Shown: positions 23,196 to 36,200 of the stretch, piece after piece
Position numbering within the stretch: the first letter of the stretch is position 1
Layout: each line of letters opens with the position of its first letter
Assembly (NCBI GenBank): GCA_036172245.1
Contig: JAYWIR010000007.1
Location: forward strand, 4,278,001-4,342,000
Direction of reading: 5' to 3'
DNA: 64,000 nucleotides
From: Raillietiella orientalis
Taxonomy: Eukaryota
Notes under the pieces: model-generated
The model's database searches: none
Seen by the model: the letters and a program-made list of their open reading frames with translations, nothing else
What the model was told of the DNA's origin: nothing
Position numbers and translations under genes: made by a program

Positions 23196-26100
23196 AAGGT
23201 ATGGGAGGACCGTTCCCGGTCGATGAGAATGTAAATATTCGGAAATCATAAACGATTCGAAAACTCTTGTTATGCTGATGATTATCGAAATATTTGTCGT
23301 TGATCCATCCTCGCGGTCATAAAGTCGATGATTTATTCCTCCTGACAGATTGGTTTATTTATTTTGCGTTTCTGTGCCCGCAGAAACCGAAATCGGAATA
23401 AATCGGAGAAGGCGACGTGCGTTTCGAGTGCGAAGGGGGGGGGGAAGGGCACCTTTTCTAAAACACACGCGTGGAAAACACATACTTCATCCCTCGCAGT
23501 CGTGCATTTATTACCCGAATAAATGTTCGTGTTCTCCCGTTGATGTACACTGTTTTGGCAGCAGCGTGGCAAGGACGTGGAGGGAGAGGGGGAAGAAAGA
23601 AGAAGCCCCCCCCCCCCCCCCCAAAAAAAAAGGGGGAAAAAGAAAAACGCGAAAGAAAAAAAAGGAAAAGAAAAAAAAAAAAAGAAAAAAGCCGAAAAGC
23701 TGAAGCCGGAAAGTCGGCAGTGATCGGGGAGTGTCGAAAGGAGGGGAGGAGGGGGGGGGAGACCTCCCGAACACTTCTTCTTCTGCGCGTGTGCATCCCT
23801 CCGAAAGCGCCTCCGTTCCGGGCGCGCTTGCGGTTTCGCGCGGGACCGTCACTTTCGTGCACGGGAAGGGAGGGAAGGGACAGACGCAGCATAAGTCAAA
23901 GGCAGGAAGAAGGAAAACGGGGGGAGGGGGGAGGACTGTTCCCAACAAGAAAGGCTTTTTTTCCATGGTATTTTTAGCGTTGCCAGGCACGGAGTCCAAC
24001 AATGCGGTCGCCGGGCGCGCGGAGCTGTCGGCGCGCGGTTTTTCGATTTAAACTGCGGAAAGCGCTCCGAGATACGCCGAAAACGCCTTCGGGGAGGAAG
24101 TCACGTGTCACTCGCTTCTGCCGCGACCGTCCGAAGCTGCTGCTGCTTCTGCTGCTGCTGCCTCTTTCCTTCCTTTCCACCGATCCATTCTCCGTGCACA
24201 CCGCAACCCACCTGCTGCCGACGCGTGTGTGTGCCCCCTCTCCCCCCTTCCCACCCATCCGTGGAAACACATCGCACACACGCATGCGTACGCACAGGTC
24301 GCGCTTCTTTCCCGTTGCCAGGGCCCCGTGTTTCCTGGTGCCGCGGAGCAGCTCCGCGCTTATTAGATGCTGAGGCTCCACGTATCGCAAATTGATCTCC
24401 TCCTGATTTATGGCCAGCGCATCGGGCAGCGAAGCGTTCCACCTCTCCGGGAAAGAGATCGTGACGTCACTCACGTTTCGAGCCGAGCCACCTGCAGATT
24501 AGTAATCGGGGCCAGGTTTCATCCCGAGCAGATAGTGACGGTAAATTATGAGTTGCCCGGAGCTACGGTGAGAACGAAGCGGAAGATGGAAAAGAAAGCC
24601 ATAAACAATGAAAAGTTTTATCAGGTGAGCGACCTGAACCCACACACAAAATGACTGGGGCGCGCTCATTATGCAAAATCGGGAGCTGACACGGCGCGTT
24701 GTCAGGGTTCCCATAATGAATACATAAACGCTTCGTCGCGGGAAGCCGAAAGCATTGTTGCGAAAGCGCGACGTCGGGAGAGAGCGCGATCTCGAAAAGG
24801 CAAGGCGACCGATTATCCCGCGATCGAAATGTTCCTTTCACGGGGAGCCGGCGGTGTGGAATGGCCGTGGACAAGCGGGAAGGATGACTCATGGGAGCGC
24901 CCCGTCCACGAGTCCTCCGAACGGAAATCGCGAGACTCGCGCGCGCGAGCGAGAGTACGCGTATCTGCTTCGCTTCCCTTTGTTTTTCTTTTTGAGCGCG
25001 CGCGCGCGCGTGCGTGTATTTTTAGTCGTATTTCGCCCCACCCCCCACTCCCACCTCCACCAATCCCCTCCCCTCCCCCCCCCCCTTTTTTTTCCCCCCC
25101 TTCTCGCTTTCATGACGTCGCTACCGAAACCTGCCCTCCATCCAGGCCGGAACGCTACTCCTCCGCGATCACAGCAATTAACGGGAAGGAAAGTTTCAGG
25201 AAACTCCCGCGTTTGCTCTCGCGCGCTGCTTAATTGCACGCGGATCCGCTGGTCGTTAAGCGGTCCCGGAGGATAATGATACTTGTCATCGACGGATGAT
25301 AACATTCGGCCCCGGTGTGGCAGGGTAGCGGTGACAGCCGCTGGGGTGCACGCACACAAGAGCGGTGCACACTTGAAGGATGATCCCCCCCTCCTCCCGA
25401 GTTTCCCTTTCCCACTTGTTTACCAGAATCTGGGCAGTTGTCAAGCAGGTGCATGCCCCGCGTAGGCAAGCAACGAAAATAACGTCACGCGGCGGAGGAG
25501 GAGGGGGAGGAGGGGACTTTCGGCCATGTTTGCACGTTTGGTCGCTGCCGTGCGAGGAGGCACTGCGGGACTGCCGCCGCTCTTCCCTTCCTCCCAATCC
25601 CTTCTCGTCGCTGCTGCTGTCGTCGTCTCTCCTTACCCCCCTCCCCCCTCCCTCCCTCCTCCACCCCACCCCCCCCGCGCAACACGACGACTGTTGACCC
25701 GGCGGCAACGAAGGCTCCGCGTTCGGGGCGTGCGCGTTCGTTGCTGCCTGCGCCGTCGCTCGGCGGGGAGGAGAACAGAGAAGGGCGGGGGGAGGGCGGC
25801 GGCGGCAGAAAGGGTTGGGGGTTGGGTGCTGCTGGCGGGGGAGGGGGGGAAGAAAACGACTCTGGACAACGCCCGGCACTTCGCGGACGAAGCCGGTCAA
25901 AGTATGCTCGCGAGGCGAGCGTCCCGTTCCGCGGAACGGGCATCAATCATTCCCGATGCTGCTGCGACCGGCGGGCGGACGGGCAGGCGTGTGCGTGCGA
26001 CGGGAGCAGACCGTTGTCGTCGTTGTCCTTTCCTCTTCTTGACCGGCAGAAGAGGAGGAGGAAGGGGGGGGAGGAGCAGGCGGCGCGCCCCGTCGCTGTC

Positions 26101-29100
26101 GCGAAAACGATCCCCCGCGCCGAATCTGCAAACTGAGAATCTGTCTGTGCGCGGTCACCACGACAACGCGCGCGCGTGTCCGCGTTCCGCGTCTGCAGAT
26201 TCACCCCCTTCCCCCAGTCCCCACCTTCCACCTCCATCCTTGCACCCCTCTTCCAGGCAGAGGACACACCTGAAGGATCTTCGTGGGAACGGAGGGAGCG
26301 TCCCGGGCCGAGACCGGCGCGCGCGATTCGCGGAAAGGCGAACCGGCAGGAAGCGGAACTCCTCCGGCGCGTCGCGGGAGTTCCGCTTCCGCTTCCTGCC
26401 TCTCTCGGGGATCACAAGTGAAGGTCGCGTGTGGAAGCATGGAAAGGTCAGGGCAATTCGGACAGGAAGGGAGGAGGAGGAGAAAGTGGGGGGAGGGGGG
26501 GGGGCGGGAAGGGAAGGGCAGGCCGACGGCACTCGCTGTCGCGCACGCGAGCGCTGCATCGGACGGGCGGCTCCGCTTCACCCGCCCGCGCGTTCGCCCG
26601 AGACGGCAGCAGGAGGCGCCGGGCGTGGGCCGGCCGGCCGCACGCCTGGCGTACGCTCGCGCAGAGACGAGTCGGGTGCGCGGACCACCGAGGGGGGGAG
26701 CGACCTCCCACCTCGGTGGTCAGTACGCTTGAATGCGCGCGCGCGCGCCGCGGCTCCCCTCTCCTCGGGGAACGCTGCCCTTCCCTACTCGGTCCGAAGC
26801 GGCAGCTCGGCACTCGCCCGCTCTCCGCGGCCCTTGCAGAGCGAGCGGTCGCGAGCGCCGTCCGCAGACTTCGGTGGAAGGGAAGCGTCGCCGCTTCCGC
26901 GGCCTCCCGCGAGACAGCGCGTCGGTCGCCGTCCGCTTCTCTCGCGACGACCGGGGGATGCGAGCGGGAGGGAAACAAGGAAGAGGAAGGAGGAGGAGGA
27001 GGAGGGAGCGCGGTGGGCGGAGCCTGCCTCCTCGGAGCCCAAGAGCAGCGCGCTACCTCTGCAATCGCCCCCGGGGCACTGCCTCCTCCTGCCTGCCCCA
27101 CATGAAGAGGGCGGCTGGGAGGAAATAAAAAGCCCGCAGGCGTTAACGGAGGCGGGGAGGGGGGAGGAGGGAAGAAGACACCTGGGCTCCTCCGTGACCT
27201 CCTTCCCCGGACAGGGGCAGGAGCTTCCCGTCTCCACCGCGCGGGGGCAGCCTCGCCCAGCAGGGAGCGCCCTCTGGGGATACCGCTGCGCACCCCCTCG
27301 GCCCTCTTCTCGTTATTCCCGTTTCCCGTAGCGACGGGGAACCCTCGGGACCCCCTCTTCTCCCCGCCCCCTCCACGCGCGCGATGGAGTCGACGTCCGC
27401 TCACCAGATCGGACGTACCCCAGCCCGGGCAGAAGGACGTGGGGCGCAAGAAGATGCGGAGAGGGCCACTGTCTTCGCCGCCCCAGTTTCCTCCTTCTCG
27501 TCCCTCCGTTCCTCCCGAGAAGAGGCAGGCGGCCCCTTCCGACGAGGGAGTGATGACGTCACGGTGGGGACGGGGGTGGGGGGAGGAGGGCGAGAGGATC
27601 TTCCGCTTCCCGTAGACCCCCGCGTCCGTTCCCTCCCCTACCCCCCGGGACCACCGGGACGATGCCGGCGTCAACCCCACGCTCCCCGCTCCTCTCCGCA
27701 GCCGCTTCACCTCGATAGCGTCCGGGCGAGGGGCGCGCGCGCGTAAGCGCGGACGCTGCTTCCGACGGCGCCCCACGCAGCGCGGGCCACGCGCAGAGTG
27801 CAAAGACGAAGCGGCGTGCGTTTGCGCGCGCAAGGAGAGGTGGGGATGACCGGGGAGAGGCTGCCTGGACCACAGGGAGAGTGAAGGGGACTCCCCTCCC
27901 GTTTCACTCGTCGCAGCCAGGGGCTCAGCGTCCCAGGGAGAAGGGGAAGGAAGGGGGGAAAAAGGGAGTAGGCGGGGGGCGGATGAAGTCTGGCAGCGGG
28001 GCATCGTCCAGCGCCCGGTCGAGGGACAGTCGTCTGCACCTCTAGTCCCTGTCTCCGAGGGGGGTGACCCCGGGGGCATCTGCCCGGAGTGTCTGCGCGT
28101 ACCCAGCCCTGCTGCGAGGGCGGAGGGCTCAGCACCCCGCCACGGCGGGAAGAAGGGAACGCTCGTGCACCCTCCCACCGAAGGGTCGCACGAGCTGGCG
28201 GGGCACAGATCTCTCTCCCGGGCGGAGATCGAGCGGGAGAAGGGGTGGCTCCTCTCGTCTTCGTTCCTGATCCCAAGGGGGGGGGGGAAGTGAGGATCCT
28301 CCCTTCCTGCTCGTGTCGGGGGAGAGGGCGAGCGAGGAGAGCTCCCTGCCACACCCCTTCGCTGCCACCTCCGGGTGCCAGGCCGAGCCGACCTACGGGT
28401 AGTACCCCCACCCCCTCCCTCCGGTCCCCGGATCCCAGGTGCGCTCTCGCTGTTTTTCCGGAGCGGTAGGACGCGATGCGGCGGTCGCTTTGCATCTCGA
28501 GTGTCCCTCCCCTCCCCCCCCTTTTATCCCCAGGGGTTGGGATGCCGACAGCACCTCCTGCTCGCAGGTGGTGTAGCGCGGAGCCGCGGGTGGCGCGCGC
28601 GGGTCCGCCCGCTCCCGGAGGGGCGAGCAGGAATCAACACGCATCCCGTCGGCCCCACGGCGGCCGCCCCATAGCGGAGGCGGCGGCCATAACTCATCCC
28701 TCGGGGGCCTCGCGTCCTTCTTGAAAGGTTTCGACACGTGTCGACTGCTGCGAAGCGAGGAGGAGGAGGAGGAAGGGAGCGCTTCGCCTTGCGAGGAGGA
28801 GGAGAGCCGTTCGGAGCTCGGGGACAAGTGACGGCGGCGACCAAGTCCTGGCGAGCAAGGGAAGTGGGGCAGCGCGAGCGGGTTCGCGCCGGAGGTGCCC
28901 CCGGTCCGTCCCGGTCCGGCGCAGGTGGCCGCGGCGCCTCGGAGCGCGTCTCCCTGGACGGTGCGAGCCACGGCGGGCCGGGCCGGGTGGCTCGCGCGCT
29001 CGCTCGAGAGACGTCACGACACGAGGAAGTGCTGCTCCTCCCGTGAGGTCATTCGGGTTGAGTCACACACACAACTCCGCAAAAATGAATGAAAGGCGCG

Positions 29101-30969
29101 CGCGGGAGAGAGTCACCCGGTGCCCATTGATGATTCAGTGGCCATTACTGCCTCTTGCACTCCATCTGATAACCTTCCGCCGCAATTAGGATAAGCGTAT
29201 TCCGACCCACTTCCCATTTCGAAAGCAGCGAGGGCCCAAGGAAGAGAGGGAGGAACGCGCGCACACGGAAACGATAAGAGGAGGAAAGTGACACAACCGT
29301 AACGCAAAAAGCATATCGCTGTCGCCTTTCGCCTCTTTCTGTCTGCGCGCCCGCACGTCCGGCGGTCAGTGGCGCGCGATCGAACGTCATCTGCACGCGG
29401 CGGCGCGTCCGAACTCACGGATTTCCGATCGCGCAGGGGGACGTAACGGGGGGGGGGGGGGAGGAAAGTGGGATATGCGCGCGCGTGCTGGATGGTGCCA
29501 CGAGGCCCCGCCTCCGAACGCGCAGTGGCTGCTTCCCTTGGTGGACGAGGGAGAGGGGGGAGGGGGGCAGGGGAGGTTGTGAAAAGAGAAAAGATGAGCC
29601 TTCCTACTTCGCCGGGTCTCCTCATCCAGGACGTGGTGGGATGCTCGCAGGCGCTCGTGGGCGAGGGCGGGCGCCCCAGTGGGGAAAGGGGGGGGAGGAG
29701 GGGCGGAACTGCCGGCGGTTCGTGATTCGGGCGGGCTTCCGGGCCACCGTGTGGTGGCGGAGGGTCCCGGGCGTCGCCGAGGCGCGGACGGGGCAGACGG
29801 CGGCGGCGTGTGCAGACTTGTTCCCTGGCCACCTGGGGGGAGGGCGAGCGTCCACGTAGCAGGCCGAGGGGACGCTTTCGGAATACCTGCCGAGCGGAAG
29901 AGCGTTCCTTTCCCGCCCCCGCCGCCGCATTGTTTGGCCTCGCTCAGGGCCTCCGTAATTTGCATCATTGTTGCCGGCGGCGAATCGGAAGCAATTTGCC
30001 GCTCTCGGGATATAAAAAAAAAAAAAGGAAAAAGAAAGCCGGCTGGAACCTGCATCGGCATTGTTGGAAATCCCCCCCCCCCCCGCGCCTCGGCACGGGG
30101 GACGCGCCGCCATGCTCGCGGAAACGCAGGAAGCAACACGTGAAGCGAAGGGAGGGAAAGGAACGCACGCACGATCCCCCCCAAAAAAAAGGAAAAATTC
30201 GGGAAGAACCGGTCAGACCGAGTTGCTCTTCCTCGTGCTCCCGCTGGCTTCAGCTTCTGTAGGGTTGCGTGCCTCTCTGAGATTCGGGGAGGAGCTAGGC
30301 CGCCTCGGTGGTCCCGCTTCCCCCGTGCTTGCAGGGTGGGGGTGGGAGCCCCCCTTCGTTTCCGGGCAGGGTGGAATGCGCGTCCGTCTCCCGGGCGGTG
30401 CCCGAGGATGGGTGCCTGCGTTTCTGGAAGGCGCGCGCGACCCTCATCCCCGTTCCGGAGCGCCAGCGGAACGGTTGGAGGGAGGGGGGAGGGAACTAGG
30501 CCCCGGTTCCATTTTCTTGCTCCGGCGATCTCCGAGGACCGCCCCCCAGCCTTCCGTCAGGTGGACCCCGCAGAATCCGAGGACCACCGCTCGGCCTAGT
30601 CCAACAGGTAGCGCGCATCCGCACCGCTCTTGCACCGTCCCAGATCGAGAAGATCGCCTCCTCTCGGAGCGAGGAGAACAAAAAAAAAAATGGACGAAAG
30701 GCAGGGAAGGGGAGAGGGGTCGCCGGAGCCCGCCATTTTCTCGAGCCGTACTTCCCCCCCCCCCCAGAAGGGAAAAGGAAGCTCCCCCCCCCCTTCTTCC
30801 CCCCCTCCCCTCCACGAAACGTTTTTCAATCCGCGTAGCCTTGGCCGGCTACGCGTGCGGGGGCGACGCGAAGCAGCACGTCGGAAAAAGTACGCATCTG
30901 CGTCACATCCGTACACAAATGCACTTACTGCTCGTATGCGGCGGAGGAGACGATTCACTTTCGTGCGTC

Positions 30970-31180
30970 GAGCACGTCATCGGCGTGACGTAACGAGCCG
31001 GCAGCGCGCGCGCTCGGGAGGGAGGGACGGAGAGAGCGAGAGAGAGGGAGGGAGGGAGGGGGGGAGGGGCGAAAATGCGTGTGTGTGCGTGCGTGCGTGC
31101 TTGTTGGGATTTGTCTGCCCGAACAAGGAGAGGCGGCTCTGATAAGGCGTTGCGGGACCCTTTCATTGTCATTCGGTTGC
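30970..31180 (+). promoter_or_regulatory. Candidate promoter of the predicted gene at 31271
   Basis: CRE-like sites ACGTCA (30974-30979) and TGACGTAA (30986-30993), a GA tract, and initiator-like TCATTG/TCATTC (31163-31174) about 100 nt before the ATG. Confidence 0.35.
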
Positions 31181-31270
31181 GGAACGCGGGCCCGAGCGCT
31201 CGCCTCGTCGTCGCCGTGCCTGCCGACTGCTGCGAAGCGGCGTCCGTCGTCCGTGTCCGTTGCTCGCGTG

Positions 31271-31394
31271 ATGGTGGCGCTGAACAGATTGTGCCTCGCG
31301 TCTGCTGTGCCGTTCGGGTACGGCCACCTACGGCCGAACGACTTGGAGGGAAGGCTCATCTGCGTGGTTCTGGATGGAAGGAGGACTCCGGAAG
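31271..31394 (+). CDS. Exon 1 of predicted 204-aa protein (candidate BH3-only, Bim/Bmf-like)
   Basis: ATG at 31271, open frame MVALNRLCL..RRTPE, donor AAG|GTAGGC at 31394/31395. Phase 1 matches the next exon. Confidence 0.55.
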
Positions 31395-31844
31395 GTAGGC
31401 GGCTCGGCGGGCGGCGCCAGCGGAGGAGGCCCACGCAACCCCACCCCGCCCCTCTTCCCCCGCCGGTTTGCTCGCACCCCGCCCATGCCACCGCTGGGGA
31501 GCTCGTCGGGGGGGGAGGGGGCAGTTTCGCGGGACCCTCCCTCCCTACCCCCACGGCTTCGTTGGCGGCGCTTCGATGGCTGGCAGGAAGGACGGTTTCC
31601 CCGGGGCGCGGAAAAAACGAAGCAGCCAGCCTCTCGAAGGAAGGACGCTCGGTCGTGGGAGAGTGACCCCCTGGATCGCCCTCCTCACTCGCGAGTTTGA
31701 AGAACGGAAAAGAAAAGGGGCGGGCGGGCGGGTCCTCCGGAGGAAAGGGGAGGGCAGCTTGACCCGGTCCGAAGGCTTCCTTCCGTTTTTTTTGTTTTGC
31801 TTTTCGACACTCCCCTTACCTTCCCCCCTTTTTTCTTTTTCCAG

Positions 31845-32170
31845 CGAGCGGCAACAGCATCATCGTCAATGCACCGGACGCCGTCTTCGGGTTGACTCCT
31901 CCGTCGTCTCCAGCCTCCCCGTGCTCTTTCACTTTCCCGGCGATACCGGCGCTGACCGTGAACTCGTGGACGCAGACCGACCAGGAACTGGGAAACCACT
32001 GCCACCTCTGCCAAGGAAGGTGCTGCGGCAGCAAACCCTCTGAGGACCACGAGGAAACGACGACGGCGGAGGGCAAGGCCGCGATGGGCGTCTGCTCGGA
32101 GTGGCAGACGGTGGACGAGCTGCTGGACTCGGTCGCGGAAGAGCTGTCCAGAAAGGCGGAGCAGCATCCG
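31845..32170 (+). CDS. Exon 2 of predicted 204-aa protein (TPPSSP, TQT, BH3-like helix)
   Basis: Long polypyrimidine tract ending TTTCCAG| at 31844 and donor CCG|GTACGC at 32170/32171. Open, G/C-ending codons, normal amino-acid composition unlike the surrounding spurious ORFs. Confidence 0.72.
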
Positions 32171-32268
32171 GTACGCGGGCGGGAAGGGGAAGAAGCGTGC
32201 GTTTTTCGTGCGTGCGTGCCTTTGCGTGGCTCCGGCCGGGACGATCTCCCTATCGAGGATTCTCGTAG

Positions 32269-32433
32269 GAGCGGGAGGAGACGCTGCCGCCGCCCGCCTC
32301 GTGCTCGCACCGCCCCTGCGACGTCGCGATGCTCCCCAACTGGTGGAGCATCGTCTTCAAGGCGATCTACATCTTCGCAAAGCTCTACCTCAAGAAGTGG
32401 CTTCAGAGGGCACTGATCCCCCGGCCCGTTTAG
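32269..32433 (+). CDS. Exon 3 (terminal) of predicted 204-aa protein, hydrophobic/basic tail
   Basis: Acceptor CTCGTAG| at 32268 after a 98-nt intron, phase 0 compatible. Encodes EREETLPP..PNWWSIVFKAIYIFAKLYLKKWLQRALIPRPV, TAG at 32431-32433. Confidence 0.65.
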   Translation, partial: EREETLPPPASCSHRPCDVAMLPNWWSIVFKAIYIFAKLYLKKWLQRALIPRPV

Positions 32434-33191
32434 ACAAGACGTCGCCTCCGTTGCCGCCCCGTCGCCGCCGCACGGGGAGGTGACGCGGGGCACCAGCGGG
32501 CGCGTGACCATCGCCGAAGCCCCTCCAGATACTGCTGCTGCCGCCGCCGCCGCCTCCGTTGCCGCTGGCCCTAGCCTGCGGTTCCCCTCCCCTTCCCCCC
32601 CCCGCGTCGCCCCCCGGCTCCAGCCACCCACCCACCCCCAGGACACTTGTGATAACGCTGTAGATTTCTTGAAGTCTCGTGCTCTTCGCTCATCAAAGCA
32701 GAAGTGATAGAAGAAGAAGAAGAGGAAGAGGGAGAAGAAGCAAAGCACTTTCGTTCGTTCGTTCGTTTCCGTCTTTTCCGGCTTTTTTTGTTTTTGTTTT
32801 TTTTCTTCCCCCCCCCCCCCTCCCGTTTGTTTTCCTCCGAGACTGTGCGAAGTGTTGACCTCGGGTCGAGGAGGGAAAGGGACAAACCGACTGGAGACAG
32901 AAGGAGACGAAGGACAGGAAGAGGACCGCCGCGCGCGCGCGCACGGCGGAAGGAAGCTGCGCGCTCGCCCCGAACGATCTCATGACCTGCCGATTTTTTT
33001 TTTTTTTTTTTTCTAGTCTCCCTTCCACCCCACGCCCCGTCCCCCACCCCCATCCCCTGATCTCCTGCCCTCCCCGGACCCGAAGCCAAGCCGGAATGGA
33101 GTGGCGCGCGTTCGGGCCCGAGAGACCACCATCGACTTGCCCTCGCCGCCATGTTTCCCCTCCCCCTTTTCTGGTTCCGCTATCACTTGGC

Positions 33192-33225
33192 CGTCGTCGT
33201 CGTCATCGTCGTCGTCGTCGTCGTC
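33192..33225. repeat. (GTC)n microsatellite
   Basis: Direct reading of the sequence. Confidence 0.85.
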
Positions 33226-36200
33226 TTCATGGTTTGTGTTCCTTCCCCCCTTCTCCTGCTCGGCCCGCGGTCCCTCTCCCTCTTACTCTCTCGTTTGGTT
33301 TGGTCCCCCGCGGGGGTCTGCGTGTGCTTTTCCCGCGACCCCCTCCCCTCCCTTCGGTTCCCGTTCCCGTCTTCGACCCCATTCCGCTCTCGCCGTCTCC
33401 CGAGCTTCAAGCAAGATGGCTTGAAGTCGGACAACCCCCCACGTCTTTCACGCGCGTTCCGCATCGCCCGCGCCGGATGGCCCGCACGGGCGCGTATGTA
33501 CAGAAGGCAAAAGAACGAAGAGAAAAAAAAAAAAAAAAAAAGGAAGGAGAAACTGGGAATAAAAGGATTTTCTGCTTCACTTCAGGAGGAGACTTTTCAT
33601 TCGGCATGCTTCCTGGACGGGGGCGCCGCCGCTCGCCGCCGCGCGCCCCCGCTGGAGGGAGAAGGAGGGAGGGGGAGGAGGGATGCAGCTCTTCTGCGTC
33701 CGGGAGGGCGCCCGTCTCGAGGCGCCGACGTGCCGCTAGGTCGGGCCCGCGCCCGATCCCGGCTCTTCCCGGGATCCTCGGCGCAGCGGAAGGAAGGAGG
33801 AGCAGGTAGTGGACCCGGGATACCAAGTCCCCAGGCAGGGAACAAACACCCCCTTCTGGAGGACCGGAGCAGGGGCTCGGGAGGCGGGAGAGGGGCGAAC
33901 GCCTCGGCCCGGGAGGCGGCGGGAAGAAGGGAGGCGTGCTCTCCCGCTCTCCCTCCGTCGGATGAGGTTGTCCCCCTCCTTCAGACGCGCGAACTCTAGG
34001 AACCGAAGGCCCCTGGGTTGGGGAACCCATGGGTTGAGTGGGGAGGGAGGGACTGACGACCACCCCCGAGGCGCTCGGGAGCGCGCACGTTCCGAGGAGA
34101 GACGTTCCGGTCAAGCGGATGGGACCGCCTCAGGCATCCCAGATGCCCCCAGGGCGAAGTCCGAAGGCATGGGGTGGAGGCGTGAGGCGTCCTGCTCCTG
34201 TCCCCTTGCTCCACCCCACCCTCGCGCCGTACAGGGAGCAGCAGGACGAGAGCGCAACCCTTTCCTCCACCTTCTGTCCGCGGACCACGGCGTCGTGCCA
34301 TCCTTCTTCCGGGAAGAGGGGGCTTCTGCTGCCCTGCGGACGGTCGGGACTGCCCCTTTCCTCCAATCCTCCCCACTTCTTCCCAACCCCATTTCCCCGC
34401 TCCCGCCCCTTGCTTCAAGAACTGCGCGCGAAGGGTGGTGCCCGGCTTGCCACTGCCTTCTCCCGCCCTGATTCCCGTGCGGCTCCCTCTCCCCCTTTTC
34501 CCTTCCTTTTTTTTCGGGAGGGGATTCCAGGAGACCGCTGCCCCCTTTGCGCAGTTGCTATATCCGCGCGCCGAGCGCCCCGTAGGGAAGAGGCAAGGAC
34601 TGCTACCCCTTGCCCTCATGGAATAAGGGCCGGTCTGTCTTCCCTCCCCCACGCTCCCCACGGGATCCTCCTGTCCTTCCCGCGGAGGAGGGTTCCACAG
34701 GGGGGGGGGCAGCGTCGGTGGCTGCCCGAAGGGAACGAGGGAGACGCTCCCTGGACGGTGGGCGCCCGTGGGCACCCCTTCCGCAGCTCCCTTCGGCGGC
34801 GGTACTTGGGCGTCTCGACCGCTGTCCTCCACGCGAGGCGAGTGGGAGCGAAACAGTCGGAGAGGGTTGGTTCTCCAGGGCCCCAGCCGGTCAGACCCAC
34901 GAGGGCCCGCGCGCCCTGCTGGGTGGCCGACGTCCGCGTTCGCCCCTTCTGCAGCCCTCGAGCAGGGCGGTGGCCCCTTCCCGAGCTCCCGTGCTTCCTG
35001 GCAACAGTGAGGTGTGCTCCTGGGAGGGCACGGGCCCCACGTCCCACCTTCTGTGGCTTCCGCGTGCCCTCCGAACTGGGGTCTCCCCCTGATGAAACTG
35101 CGCCCTCACCCCGGCAGCTCTCACGCCTTCAGTTGTTTCTCCAGGATCGTTCACCTGACGTCCCTTCCCTGTTTCCTGGAGTGTTGCATTCGTTGGAGCA
35201 TTCGGGTCACGGGCACCCCCACCGAGAAGGTGGCGGAGGTGCCCTCTCTCTCTCGGACTCCCGTGCTCTGCGGGCGCACCGGTGGACCGTCGTTTCTTGG
35301 TTTTCGCGCCCGTCGCCAGGCAACGAGCGACCTCTGCAGTGGCTGACGCGCGCCCTCCTGACCTGACCCCTTCCCCCACCTGCCCACCCCTTCTCGCAGC
35401 CTTTCCAGGGAACGGCCGGATCGCAGCAGCCACTCACCGCCGAAGGCGCTCGGCCGCTTGCCACGAGTGCGGTCTCGTTCGAGAACCTTCTCCGCCGTTG
35501 CTCCGAACCCCGGACGCGGCGGACGTCGCGGAAAACTCGGCGGCAGGCAGCCTCCTCTCCTTTTTTTGTTTTTTTCTGTCCTTTCCATTTATTTACTCTC
35601 GCCACTTTCCATTCCCCGATCACCTCCTAAGAGGCCGCAGAGCCGAGCGCCGAGACTTTTCCAAGAGACGCGGCGCCTGGGCACACGGAGTCTCCCCCGT
35701 GCACGGAGACAAAGGGCGCCGGCACACACCCAAGAACTTTCCTCCCCGAACGGAGCGCTTCCCTTCGGCTTATCAACTCTCGTCAGAGTTATCGAACTGC
35801 GCTCCAATCAAGGGGGAAGTGTTGTCCAGCTATTCGATTCGCTCCGACCATGTTGGAGTCACTTGGCGTTCCGAGAGGATCGTCCCGGCACCGCAGAAAA
35901 GGAGGAGGGGGGAAGAGGGGGGAACTTCGCTCGGAAAGATGCAAACGCTAATCGGAAAGAAAATCTCCGGCTGGAAACCGACGCAGAGGAGCGCGCGCAC
36001 CCACACTCGGACGGTCGCAAGCCTCGAGCCGTTTCGGAAAGAGCGCGGCGCGCTGGCACCGCAATACGATCGACGTGACAATGGCGCATCGATGGGGGCG
36101 GTCAACGCCCTCTCCCCCACCCCCTCTCCCTCCTCCTCCCCCTCTGCCGTCGGCGGCAGAGCGTCCCTTGCCGCAGATGCCGCGCCATTTTCTTGCCGCC

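Noticed and set aside
24498..24623. Possible exon ending CAG|GTGAGC (..KRKMEKKAINNEKFYQ)
   Set aside because: Good donor but weak acceptor, no partner exons found and no recognisable protein. Kept only as part of a candidate regulatory island.
25526..28352. Overlapping 601-aa (+) and 634-aa (-) ORFs
   Set aside because: Low-complexity translations of GC-rich DNA with no recognisable motifs or splice-consistent structure.
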